From Antedon mediterranea (lineage: Eukaryota > Animalia > Echinodermata), in NCBI RefSeq assembly GCF_964355755.1, contig NC_092672.1:21589237-21653236 (forward strand): a stretch of DNA of 64,000 bases. The letters run 5' to 3'. Below the pieces are notes generated by a model. It had not been told where the DNA came from and searched no databases. It saw only the letters and a list, made by a program, of their open reading frames with translations. Made by a program: the position numbers and the translations under genes. Shown here piece after piece: positions 39,593-51,657 of this stretch; the first letter of the stretch is position 1; each line of letters begins with the position of its first letter.

Positions 39593-42500
39593 TTAGTTAT
39601 CCGCACTATGGCGGATAACTCCTTGTAACTGTCCTGTTTCATCATCTTTTTTTTTTTTTTTTTTTTTTCTGTATTATTAGTTATCCGCACTCAGCGGATA
39701 ACTCCTTGTAACTGTCCTGTTTCATCATCTTTTTTTTTTTCTGTATTATTCTTCTTTCTTTCTGTCATTTTTGTGCAGAGCATATCTCAAAAACGTGTAC
39801 AGTTAACATTTCATAACTTTGTCAACATATGGGCATTCACGTGAAGTTGTGCTTTTTTATTTTTGAATGACGTCAGAATTGCGCAACATGACTTACGCGC
39901 GTTTTTATGAATTTCGCGTATTTAACATAGATCGAAAACCATATAACAATTTAAATTGAAACTTAGCAAAAGTCTAATTTATATCGTGCGCTAACGTTTT
40001 GTGCACTAAAAATGGCATGTTTTACACGAAGTTACGCGCGCACGCGCGTTTAAAATTTTCATGATGCGAAAAATCAATTTCTAATCAACTTTCTACGCGT
40101 TAAAGTTAACATTTTATAACTTTGTCAACATATGGGCAATCACGTGAAGTTGTGCTTTCATATTTTTGAATGACATCAGAGTTGCACAACATGACTTGCG
40201 CGCGTTTTTATGAATTTCGCGTATTTAACATAGATCGAAAACCATATAACAATTTAAATTGAAACTTAGCAAAAGTCTAATTTATATCGTGCGCTAACGT
40301 TTTGTGCACTAAAAAAAGCATATTTTACACGAAGTTACGCGCGCACGCGCTTTTAAAATTTTATAATGCGAAAAATCAATTTCTAATCAACTTTCTACGC
40401 GTTTCATGTCATTTTGAGCATGTCAAAAATTCCCACACGTGTGCAAATTTTTACGCGCGCGGTGCACACGTAGCATTAGAAACGTCATTTTTTCGAGTGA
40501 TTTATGTTTTTCCAGCCTTTTCTAGTAATTTTACCAACTTTTAAACAATTTCGACTTCAAATTACGTCATACGAGCACGTAGAATATGATAATTTGCGCG
40601 CTTCTTCTATGAAAAACTTCAAAAATTCGTCAAAATTAAGCCTTTTTTTAAACAATCGTAGTTTCTAAACTAAACTGTAAAAATTATTTTTATTACATAT
40701 TCTGGAAGTTGATGAGTTGTAGATATCAGATCATGCATTAATATGGCTAACCGGACATTGTGACGTCATCGTATGGCCACGCGAATATGAAATTTAGGAT
40801 TTTTGTATCTTTCGTCATAACTCCTCACATTTAATAGAGCGCATCTCCACTTATCCGTTTTCCATTTTCACCCCGATTTTGATATTGTCTAGGTCAATAA
40901 ACTATCTTTAGCATGAGTTAAAAATATTTTAATTTTTATGACGTCATCATGCCTAAAAATTTTAATTACGTGTGGCATTAATTTCATCTTTACAGTAAAT
41001 TTCAATCTGTTATAGCTCGTAAGAATAAAATGTGATAATCACGATTAAAACGTTTTCTGGAAGCTATTGGATTGTAGATACGAAATCATGTGATAATGTT
41101 GCCAATCGGTTGTTGAGACGTCATCATATGGCCAGTTAAATAAAAAAGTCGTATTTTCATCTTTTGCGTCATAATTCATTACATTTAAAAGAGCGTGAAT
41201 CAATATTTCCCGTATTCAAATTTCTTCTGCACGTTAATATGTTGTTACTGAGATAATTTCCTATTAAATAAATACCTATTCTACACTGTAGTATGTAATA
41301 TGTATACAGATTATATTGTATATACTATATGACACAGAATAACAGAATTCAGCAATAACAACATATCATATTCTTCAGTTCAGGTCATAATGCCATAATC
41401 TTTTTCTGTGTGCAATATTCTAACGTATCACGTGCACGTGGCGTTTGTTGTGCGGATAACTAACTCGTCAAAGTGACGAGTTACATGTCTAGTTCTTCTT
41501 TCTTTCTGTCATTTTTGTGCAGAGCGTATCTCTAAAACGTGTAAAGTTAACATTTTATAACTTTGTCAACATATGGGCAATCACGTGAAGTTGTGCTTTC
41601 CTATAATTGAATGACGTCAGAGTTGCGCAACATGACTTACGCGCGTTTTTATGAATTTCGCGTATTTAACATAGATCGAAAACCATATAACAATTTAAAT
41701 TGAAACTTAGCAAAAGTCTAATTTATATCGTGCGCTAACTTTTTGTGCACTAAAATGGCATGTTTTACACAAAGTTACGCGCGCACGCGCGTTTAAAATT
41801 TTCCAATGCGAAAAATCAATTTCTAATCAACTTTATACGCGTTTCATGTCATTTTGAGCATGTCAAAAATTCCCACACGTGCGCAAATTTTTACGCGCGT
41901 GGTGCACACGTAGCGTTAAAAACGTCATTTTTTCGAGTGATTTATGTTTTTCCAGCCTTTTCTAGTAATTTTACCAACTTTTAAATAATTTCGACTTCAA
42001 ATTACGTCATACGAGCACGTAGAATATGATAATTTGCGAGCTTTTTTTATGAAAAACTTCAAAAATTCGTCAAAATTAAGCCTTTTTTTAAACAATCGTA
42101 GTTTCTAAACTAAACGGTAAAAATTATTTTTATTACATATTCTGGAAGTTGATGAGTTGTAGATATCAGATCATGCATTAATATGGCTAACCGGACATTG
42201 TGACGTCATCGTATGGCCACGCGAATATGAAATTTAGGATTTTTGTATCTTTCGTCATAACTCCTCACATTTAATAGAGGGCATCTCCACTTATCCGTTT
42301 TCCATTTTCACCCCAATTTTGATATTGTCTAGGTCAATCAACTATCTTTAGCATGAGTTGAAAATATTTTAATTTTTATGACGTCATCATGCCTAAAAAT
42401 TTAAATTACGTGTGGCATTAATTTCATCTTTACAGTAAATTTCAATCTGTTATAGCTCGTAAGAATAAAATGTGATAATCACGATTAAAACGTTTTTTTG

Positions 42501-43002
42501 AAGGCATTGGATTGTAGATACAAAATCATGTGAACATTTTGCCAATCGGATGTGGTGACGTCATCATATGGCCAGTTAAATAAAAAAAGTCATATTTTCA
42601 TCTTTTGCGTCATAGTTCATTACATTTAAAAGAGCGTGCATTAATATTTCACGTATTCAAATTTCTTCTACACGTTAATATGCTGTTGCTGAGATAATTT
42701 CCTTCCAAAATTGCTACCTTCGCGTTTCATTTTAAAACCATCAACATGTTAAAAATTGCAAAAAATAGCGGGTCCCGTAATTTCCCCTATTCTACACTGT
42801 ATGTGATATGTATACATATTACACTGTGTATACTATATATGAATCAAAATAATAGAATTCAGCAATAACAACATATCATAGTCTTCAGTTCAGGTCATAA
42901 TGCCATAATCTTTTTCCGTGTGCAATATTCCAACGTATGGCGTGGACGTGGCGTTTGTCGTGCGGATAACTAACTCGTCAAAGTGACGAGTTTCATGTCT
43001 AG
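39593..43002 (+). mobile_element. Helentron/Helitron2-like element (middle)
   Basis: 5' hairpin agttatccgc…gcggataact; 3' gcggataact plus ctcgtca-aag-tgacgag plus CTAG|T. Confidence 0.78.
39677..41492 (+). mobile_element. Helentron/Helitron2-like element (inner; same family as the middle one; internal ~300 bp tandem duplication)
   Basis: Same termini; removing it restores ctgtatta|ttcttctttc of the middle copy. Confidence 0.78.
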
Positions 43003-45263
43003 TTATTCTTCTTCTTTCTGTACACTTTTTGTTTAACAAATATCTCAAAAAGTTAAATGTCAATGATTACCAAAATTTCACAATGTCTTTCAAATACTGT
43101 AACTTAGTCCTAATAAGGTTTTCAGCGTGATCACTCATCCGTGACAACACGTATACGCCATTTTGTGAAATCACATTATCAATCATATCTCCATAATTCA
43201 TTATCACATATTATTGAAATTCACTACATGTAAACTTCAGGTCAAGGTAAAAAATATTAGCAAATAAAAACCTGCGAGTTTCAAGGTCATGCGCATGAAA
43301 TCGCGCGTTAAAATTTTAAAAAGCTCAAAATTAGGTTTTGATCAATTTAGAGCATGAATTAGGCCATTTGCGTGTTTCAAAAAATTACTGCGCAAAAACA
43401 CGTTTTTGCACACGCGATTCGTAAAAAGCGTAAAAAATAAAATTTGATGTATAAATCACAATCTACTCACAATCCTTAGTACATTCACCAAATTTGAATC
43501 CATTTCCACTTAAAATAGTGCTCTATGAGCACATTACAAATGACAAAATGCACACATTAATTGTACAAAAGTGCTAAAAATGGTAAAAAATAAGGCCTTT
43601 TTAAAATGAAAATAACTCTTCAGAATGCACGATGACCCCTAAGTTTTTTAACTTATTCGGGAAGCCATTGAGTTGTAGATATAAATGTATATACACATTG
43701 GATGTACAAAATGGTATTACGTCATCAAATGGCCACTTCAATTTAAAAATTAGGATTTTTTCCGTTTTGTGTAGGTTATCACATTCAATAGAGCGCATCT
43801 CCGCTTTTTGAGCTCGATTTTCGCGCAAATTTCAGTTTGTGCTTGCTTAATTATTTATCTTTCTCATGTGTTGTCAGTGTTTTCATTTTGATGACGTCAT
43901 TACACGTAAAACCTTTAATAACGTAGGTCGTGTAATTTCACCTTCGCCGTAAATTGAATATCTTACAGCTCTTCAGAATTGAACGTTACCTTGATGATTA
44001 TAATTTATTATGAAAGCTGATGAAATGTAGATATGAATTCATATAAAAACCAAGCCTTTCGGATGTTGTGACATTAAAATATGGCCAGATGAAGTTAAAA
44101 AGTAGTTGTTACATCTTTTTCGTCAAAGTTATACAAATTTCAAAGAGCGCGCACAGCGCTTCTACGTGCCAGATTTTTTTCCAATTCTTATATTTATTTG
44201 CTCAATTCATTATCTTTCGAAATTGTCATCTTTGAGTTTATTTTGATAATTCCATCATACCAAAAAATTAGAACATGATGTGGGTCCCGTAATTTCACCT
44301 ATGCTACACTGTATATAGATATACAGCATATACTGTACATATTGTATATGGCATATAATAGGCACAACTCAGCGCTATAAGCGTATGCATCATGTCATAG
44401 GATGGCGTACATCAACTTTTTACGATGGTGTGTTAACGTACGTGCATGTTTAAAAAGTGTTAATTTCATTAAAATGATAAAAATGATCACCTATAATTCG
44501 TCAAAGTGACGAATTAAATTCTAGTTGAAATATTGTATTTTCCGCCATTTGGCATACCCATATTTACTATTATAAATACCAAAACCTTTACATTTTTAGT
44601 AGCGCCCTTTATGGTCTAATGTATTTTTAAAAATATTATAGCATCCTGTATGTAGTTTGGACATGATTTCATAAAACCTCCCAATGTATCATTAGATTTG
44701 TTGAGAGGTGACAGACAGTTATTTAAACTTATAACAGCCGATTAATATAAACTGAATAACAATGTATTTTACTTAAAATTAAGACAATACACATAAAACA
44801 ATGATTCGATAAAGATTGAAATGTTGAATCATGAATTCCCTAATATTATTGTTGTTTTTGGCGTCTTTTCCGCACCCAACATTTTCCAGAAAAAAGGGGT
44901 GATTTTTTGGACAAAAATCACTCAAGCGTGACTTGTGTTTTGATTTCTAAATTTGATCACTAAAATGCTTTAAATGTTGCCATTTGGGTATGAAAACATA
45001 GGGTTTGCCACAAAAATTGTAATGAATGTACTATTAGGTTAGGATATATTGTGAAAACATGTGTTTTATATTTTATTTGCATTAAAGTGATTGTGTTGGA
45101 AATAGATTAACATTGTTACCATTTTAAGATAGTTAAAACAAATTATTTTATAACATGTGAATTATGGAATTATTTTTAAGGATAAGATAAATACGTGTCA
45201 CACTTCACATTCTTCTTTCACAAAAAAAATTTAAACCTTATGATGATGACTTTTTTTCCACAG

Positions 45264-45374
45264 AATGGAAATCCTCCACTATATGAATACCTGATTCAAA
45301 GTCTCAACCCTGCTTCAGAAATTGTAAAATTTCTCATTAAAAAGGATAGTGCATTATTGACATTGCTAAATAAG
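45264..45374 (+). CDS. Roco-like gene, divergent ankyrin exon (NGNPPLYEYLIQSLNPASEIVKFLIKKDSALLTLLNK), phase 0-0
   Basis: 111 bp between ccacag| and |gtaatc; same length, same NK end and similar flanks as copies A/B. Confidence 0.8.
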
Positions 45375-46519
45375 GTAATCTACAGAAAATTGAAGTTTCT
45401 ATACATAAATAGATGTAAAATGCATAACAATAATCTCATGGGGACGGTCATTAACAGAGCTTGACTCTGTTTTGAGACGTACACAGACAAAAGTCGGCTT
45501 CTTTCGCAGACCCTGTGCACGCAAGTGGGCATGTTTGAGAAGTTTTTGCATTAGAAAGTCTAGGTCTTTAGGTAGCCAATTAAAGAGGATGAACTAAAAA
45601 CACCGAATCAAAACCTTAAAGGTGCTTACAAGAATGCTTGTTTATACTAATATAGCTAACAACTGTTAATGTAGTAAAACCTCCAGCTAATGTAGAAACA
45701 CTAACAGCTTATGTAGTAAATAAAAAGTCAACACCAGCTAATGTAGAACGGTCAACAACTAATGTAGTAACAAAAATTGCCTCACACTATCGCCAGCTAA
45801 TATAGAAAATATATATTTTTACAAACCTGTTTAAATCTGTGCAAATGCATTTTTTTATTTAGCTATCAGTCTATCCACTTTTGTAAACGACCAATTTTCT
45901 AAAACGACCATACATTGTAAGCAAACATTTCTCTTAAGAGAGCGCTTTTCATAATTGACTACCTCTTGTAAGGGATCACCTCCTCTCATAAAGGACTACT
46001 TCTTATAATCGAACACCTCTTGTAAGCGACCATCTCTCTTAAAGAACACACCTCTCTTAAGTGACCACCTCTTTCAAGGGACCACAACCTCTCTCTTAAG
46101 GGACAACTTCAACCACCACAAAAGGTAGGTTCATGGTGATAGCCAAATATACAATTGTAGGGGTTTTCTGTCAAAACAATTGATTAACAGTGCACTTTTA
46201 TTTATTTATCAAATCCAAACATTTAAAAGCTCACTCATATTATGGGATAAAGAGGCCTACTTCCCATTATGGGGATAGTGTAGTATGTGGTGAAAATTAA
46301 ACACACGAGAGAATGCTATTCTTGCTTCTACATAATAAATAGATAAAAGTTGGTTTATCTGCCAGCAGTTTTTCTCATTGTTAGTATATTATTACTATTT
46401 ACGTTTGGATTTATAGATCTTGCCTACTACAGAACAGAGGTAGTGCTTTGGATCTTGGTATCTATCAATTAATATGTCTTTGTAAATAGCTTGTTTAAGT
46501 AAATATTTTTTGTTTTTAG

Positions 46520-46604
46520 GAAGGAAAGACGCCTGAATCTATTGTAGAAACAAATATGGACATAACGAAAAAAGAAAAAACTGTGATTTTAAACTATTTT
46601 GACA
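46520..46604 (+). CDS. Roco-like gene, terminal ankyrin/cap exon (EGKTPESIVETNMDITKKEKTVILNYFD)
   Basis: tttag|gaa ... gac a|gtaagt; GKTP motif; phase 0-1 matches the next exon. Confidence 0.8.
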
Positions 46605-46910
46605 GTAAGTAAAGTTTATAAATATAAATTATACTTTAATCTAAGATAGGTAAACATAGTGCAAAAGCTTTAATGTGGTACAGGTGGTCATTTGAAATTA
46701 TCAATGCTACTATACTACTATAAATTTTACAAAATTGTACTACAGAAACAAACTGTAAGGTGAATATTTTTATATAAGCTGGCAGACCTTATTTTTCTGG
46801 TTCATTACAAATGAATGAAACTAAATTCTCTGGATCCAGCCCAATCAATAGCATAATTGATATTTTATTATATTAATTGAGAGTTGGTTTAATATATTTA
46901 TTTGTATTAA

Positions 46911-47160
46911 AGATGTGTCCCCCTGAAAAAATAATTCTTAACAAAATGTTTGTTGAATATGCCATTTTAATGTAACATAATAGTTATCCACTTTGACCAA
47001 AAATTGGATCGGGAAAAAAAAATGTAATTTAAAGCAAAAAATGTTCAAATTGGCTGCCAGCCAATGGGTTTTTGGTTGAATTTAACCATTTATTTTGTCA
47101 ATTTATAAGTGAAAACATTATTTTTTTTCATTTTTCATGTTTTTGGGGGACAATACATCT
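46911..47160. mobile_element. Kolobok-like MITE, 250 bp
   Basis: TTAA|AGATGTGTCCCCC…GGGGGACAATACATCT|TTAA; same termini as 16846..17393. Confidence 0.72.
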
Positions 47161-47384
47161 TTAATATTATTGTATTGCTGGTACTCGAACATAATTTAAT
47201 ATTTTTATTTCCCATGGTTCAAGTTTACCGGAGGTATTATTAAAGTTGATGAGAACTATTGTACTGTATATGGGATGACATTTATTTTACTGTTTAATAA
47301 CAAAATACTGATACTGATAGTATCAAGCATTTTTAAGGCTTATAGAGGCAGAATGAGATAACAATTAATTTGTTGTCATAATAG

Positions 47385-47547
47385 AATTAGTTCCTGCAGA
47401 GATACGTGCCAGGGGTAAACATGCTATTAAAATATATAAAGAAGAACTTAAAACTGGTAGCATGTCTGTTGTGAATTCAAGATGTATGTTTCTAGGAAAA
47501 GAAGGTGCTGGGAAGACTAGCTGTGTAAAGGCTATGGTTGGAGAAAG
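47385..47547 (+). CDS. Roc GTPase exon with P-loop (LVPAEIRARGKHAIKIYKEELKTGSMSVVNSRCMFLGKEGAGKTSCVKAMVGE)
   Basis: G1 motif GKEGAGKTS; VPxEI.ARG..A...Y pre-Roc segment; phase 1-2 splice sites. Confidence 0.92.
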
Positions 47548-47929
47548 GTAACAAGTAAAATTGGTATAATGTTTATAGAGTATATTACTGTACGGTATCT
47601 TAAGCTGTATTGACCATCAATAGTCAATAGCCATCAATCACATTATCTTGTGAACTGCTAAAGGAAATGTTTTATTTAATTTGAATTATTATACACTAAA
47701 GGTGACATTGCAGTATGTTGAATATTGTGATTCTTATAAAATAATAAAAACATTAATTTTATACACTTTAATTTACTTTTAAACTTACTAATGTTCTATT
47801 CATTAAAATTTATCAGTTGTTTTATGATTGGAATATTAAAATGCAAACCCTTTCATGATTTAGTCATTTTATACATACAATGTATGTTTCTAAAATGTAC
47901 AATAAATGTTTAACTTTACTATATAATAG

Positions 47930-48030
47930 ATTCAATTCTGCAGAACAATCCACAGATGGAATTGTTACAACCACAGTGTTTCAAGCAAAGAAGGATTGTA
48001 GTCAATGGAAAAAGATAAAAGATGTTAATG
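47930..48030 (+). CDS. Roc exon, switch I (FNSAEQSTDGIVTTTVFQAKKDCSQWKKIKDVN)
   Basis: STxGI switch-I motif typical of Roc domains; ag|...|gtgag; phase 2-1 consistent. Confidence 0.88.
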
Positions 48031-48362
48031 GTGAGATAAGTAACTGAAAATGTTTTTACATATTCATTATTTTGCTATAAATTTAACATTAATTTATTTT
48101 TGATAAAATAATACTAATATTTAAATAAAAACATTCTTAAATTTATAATATAATGCCATTTACACATTGGTTATACAACAAATAACAATTCAAAATTCAT
48201 TTGGCTATGCAACCATATACGGTTTGGTCTTGAAATCACCTCAGATACCAAGAATTGGAAAATTACATTCAATCTTCAAAATATTGCTTATCGTTGTATT
48301 CCTCTCATCCCATACAACACATTGGTTTCCTAATCTAATTGTCTATTTCTTGCATTGTATAG

Positions 48363-48431
48363 ATATTGAGCTATCAGAGCAAATTCGTTCACATGCTTTA
48401 GGAGAAAAGGTTGATAAAAGGTTAAAAGAAG
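48363..48431 (+). CDS. Roc insert exon (DIELSEQIRSHALGEKVDKRLKE)
   Basis: 69 bp phase 1-1 exon, tatag|...|gtagg, open frame. Confidence 0.7.
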
Positions 48432-48550
48432 GTAGGCACAGACTAATAAAGCTTTTATAACATTTAAATCTGCATAAAAGATGTATAAATGTAGGTTGAT
48501 ATCGATTAGTAACACTGTTATATTGGTTTTGTTTCTGTAATTTTTTATAG

Positions 48551-48681
48551 AAGGCAATGTTGGAATCTGGACAAAATTTAAGAATGGTATGTACAAGATG
48601 GTAAGAAGAAAAGAAAAAGTGAGTGACATAACTAGTATATGGGACTACGCTGGTCAACTAGACTACTATATAACGCACAGG
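48551..48681 (+). CDS. Roc exon, switch II (…SIWDYAGQLDYYITHR)
   Basis: WD[FY]AGQ..YY.TH Roc G3 motif; tatag|...|gtatgt. Confidence 0.92.
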
Positions 48682-49614
48682 GTATGTTTTCATTATTGTA
48701 TTATGAATATCACTTGTATTCTAAGATTCATATTTAAAACAAATATTATTTTTATTGGGTTCAGAAATAAATCAATTGGAAGCTTTTAAATACTAATAGA
48801 GCTTTATTTTCTTTTTACATGATGTGTTCTTACAGTATTTTGCCAAGAACATTTTTAACAGGGTTATTTTATCAATGTGCAACTTTTTTTTTAGACTATG
48901 CTATGTTTTTGTTGGTTTTTCTAGTTCAATTGATCTTACATGTTTCAATTACTGATTTTTTTTATCACAAGTTTTCATATGAAACATCACCAGGGGCTGA
49001 ACCAGGGGAGGGGCCAACAGGCATTTGTACTTGTCAATATTGTCAACAGTAAAAAGGGAGGGCAGAGTGGAGTAGATGTGTGAATGAGAAGTTTAAACAA
49101 CCTCAAAACCTCAGAATACCATACCTCCACCATTATACCAGGCCTTTCTTTCTTTCTCTTTTGTTCTTATTTCATGCAATAATGCGATGCTGAATAAAGA
49201 TCAATAGGTGATCTACAATAAAAAATGCTAAAATAAGTACTTTACACATACTATTCACAATCTAATTACAACAAATACTATTCCTGATCTAGAAAGAAAG
49301 AAGAAGACTCCTAAATGCAAATCACTATCCAAATGAAAAAGAATATCACTTTTGAAATAATATCAATAATTGAATAAGTAGTATGACTGTGATGGTATTT
49401 AAAGAAATTGTATTAAATCGTAATTTATACTTACAACATTTATATTGTTTGTTTCAATCTATGCATAAGTGTTTTTATGATTAAAATCAATATATGCAGA
49501 GAAAATGTGATTTTAAAACTATCCTAAAATCCCATTGAGCCGAATTCCACGCGTTCCATCATCGGAAAACATATATCAATGAAATATACACTACATTCAC
49601 AAATAAAACAATGA

Positions 49615-51062
49615 ATTGTACAAGTTAAACTTGAGAAGGAATTCTTTTTCGTTTAGAGTTGTACTTTTGTGGAATGGTCTTTCTGACTATGTTGTTTCAG
49701 CTAGTTCTTTAAATTTGTTCAACTAGATGGTACGCTCGCTTCTAGGTCGTGCCCACAGATGGTTCTCGAATACACAGTAATGTCAGCATTCAAAAACTGG
49801 CGATTTCAAATGTACAATAATGCAGGACAATAATATATGTCGTTTACAGGAACGAATAAATAGACACTGTGATTTATGTACTCAACTAAAATTAGCACAC
49901 TGGGAATTACTTCCGAAAGAGAAACTAAATGAGACCAATTGTTTAAGTCAAATTTAAACAAACTTAATTTGTGTTTTGTATGTAACATTATGGTTGAGGA
50001 ATGGGGATGAGGATGGGTGCAAAGAGGAACAATTTTTAAATAGATTCTTTATTTTGTAACGAAATATTAATTAACATGTTTTACAAATAATATACCACTA
50101 AACACAGTAAAACATTGCGATGTAATACTTTGTTGAAACTATCACCGTCGTAGTCGATTGAAATAGTACAGTACATGTAACGATACACTACGACGTATGT
50201 TTATATATAATGTTAAACAATTTGTGAAAACCACCTCTATTCGGGGAAAATCATAAATTCGATTTAATCGGTAATAAATATTAAATTACGGCGAGTGAAA
50301 ACGCTAGCTCATTATCCGTTTAAAAAAAATTATATCCAACCTCTGCAGCACAGATTGAAAACAAAATGGATCGAATTTCTGTTATGAGTATACAGTACTT
50401 TCCTTAACGACGCCTGAGGGAATAGACACTTGTGGAACGACACAGAGATTGGAATGTTCCATTCATCGCAAATCAATACATTTGTATAAACGTATATTAA
50501 ATCTATCAAAATAGTATTTTTTAAAGAAAATCGGCCTGTCTTCAACATTATGATACTGTACTCGAGCTGTTCAACCGGTTTTCAGCTATTAAAAACAATT
50601 ATCGTAGGAGGAGATAGGAAAATGCGAAGCCTCCTCGCATTTTTGTGGCGGGTTTTTTTCAAGATGGACATCCATTAGACAGTGTATACCACGATCGGAA
50701 AACACCCCCATTTGGGGCAAATCGTTGAACCTAAATTCGTTTTAATCGTCAATAACTAATTATCTAACTTAATTTAATTAGTAAACAGGGTTACATCAGG
50801 TGGTTAAAATCAGTACCGAAAGTACGAACCAACTTTATATACCATCGAGTAAAAATTCTAGAAATAAGGCGCGATTTACCGAATTTTGCCCTTACGTAAA
50901 TTTATATATAGAAAATAGACTAAATGAGGCTTGGGTAAACCATCCATTAAAGTTTACACCGTTTGTACAATATGACCTGCGAGAGGCTTACAAGCAATAT
51001 GCTTCGCCTCAATTTCCCTCTATTCATACGACTATGAAGGATTACAAGTAAACAAGTAAAAG
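49615..51062 (+). mobile_element. CR1-like LINE 3' end split by Helitron copy 3
   Basis: KLNLRRNSFSFRVVLLWNGLSDYVVSASSLNLF|KNRLNEAW rejoins in frame across 49723..50912; short tandem tail acaagtaaacaagtaa. Confidence 0.75.
49723..50912 (-). mobile_element. Non-autonomous Helitron copy 3, inserted in a LINE 3' end
   Basis: Reverse complement of the same family, with TC and CTAG termini. Confidence 0.82.
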
Positions 51063-51657
51063 TCATTGTAATCAAAAAAGCTTTGAATTTAACTGCAAAA
51101 AAACACAATTTCCAACCAAAAATTGTATATTTTTTACCACTTAAAGAACTTGAACCGATACTTGGATTTCAGTCATTTAAATTGCAAAATGATAAACATT
51201 AATTTCTTTTTGGTTAACTGAAAGAAAAGTGAAATGATTAATAAATGACTAAACTTGACCTACACGCATGCACCAGTGACCTCCTGCGAGGTGAACAATG
51301 GGTGTGTAAATTCCATTTGACGTAGTACACGCACCCCTCTTGTAAGAATTACCACATGTATCAATGCAAGCTGAACGATGGTGGAAAAACATGCATCCCT
51401 CTTATAAGAAATTACCATGTGTTCTTGCCTGCATTGATGGTATCTGTTCCGATTTACAATCATATTGGTATGTATCACTCTGGCCTAGACAATGACGACA
51501 ATACGACAGGCTCATGTGTATACCAACAATGAAATTGCGCTATATTTAGACATTTACAGGGTTTGCTCACTGTCTGGGTGACAGCATGCAGCTTGTTTTT
51601 GAACGTCTAAACAAGTAGGTTAGACCTAGCCAATGGTTTTGAAATGATCATGACAAC

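Larger units (their letters stand above)
39538..44524 (+). mobile_element. Helentron/Helitron2-like non-autonomous element (outer)
   Basis: 5' hairpin aggtgatcatt…aatgatcacct; 3' aatgatcacct plus hairpin ttcgtca-aag-tgacgaa plus CTAG|T; no TSD; absent from unit 1. Confidence 0.78.
30252..44693 (+). repeat. Tandem segmental duplication, unit 2 (enlarged by TE insertions and minisatellite expansions)
   Basis: Collinear with unit 1; ends aaacctcccaatgtatcatt, matching 30234..30252. Confidence 0.93.

Noticed and set aside
45640-46110. agctaatgtag and taagcgaccacctctc motif clusters
   Set aside because: Probably decayed MITE arms; no termini or TSD could be defined.
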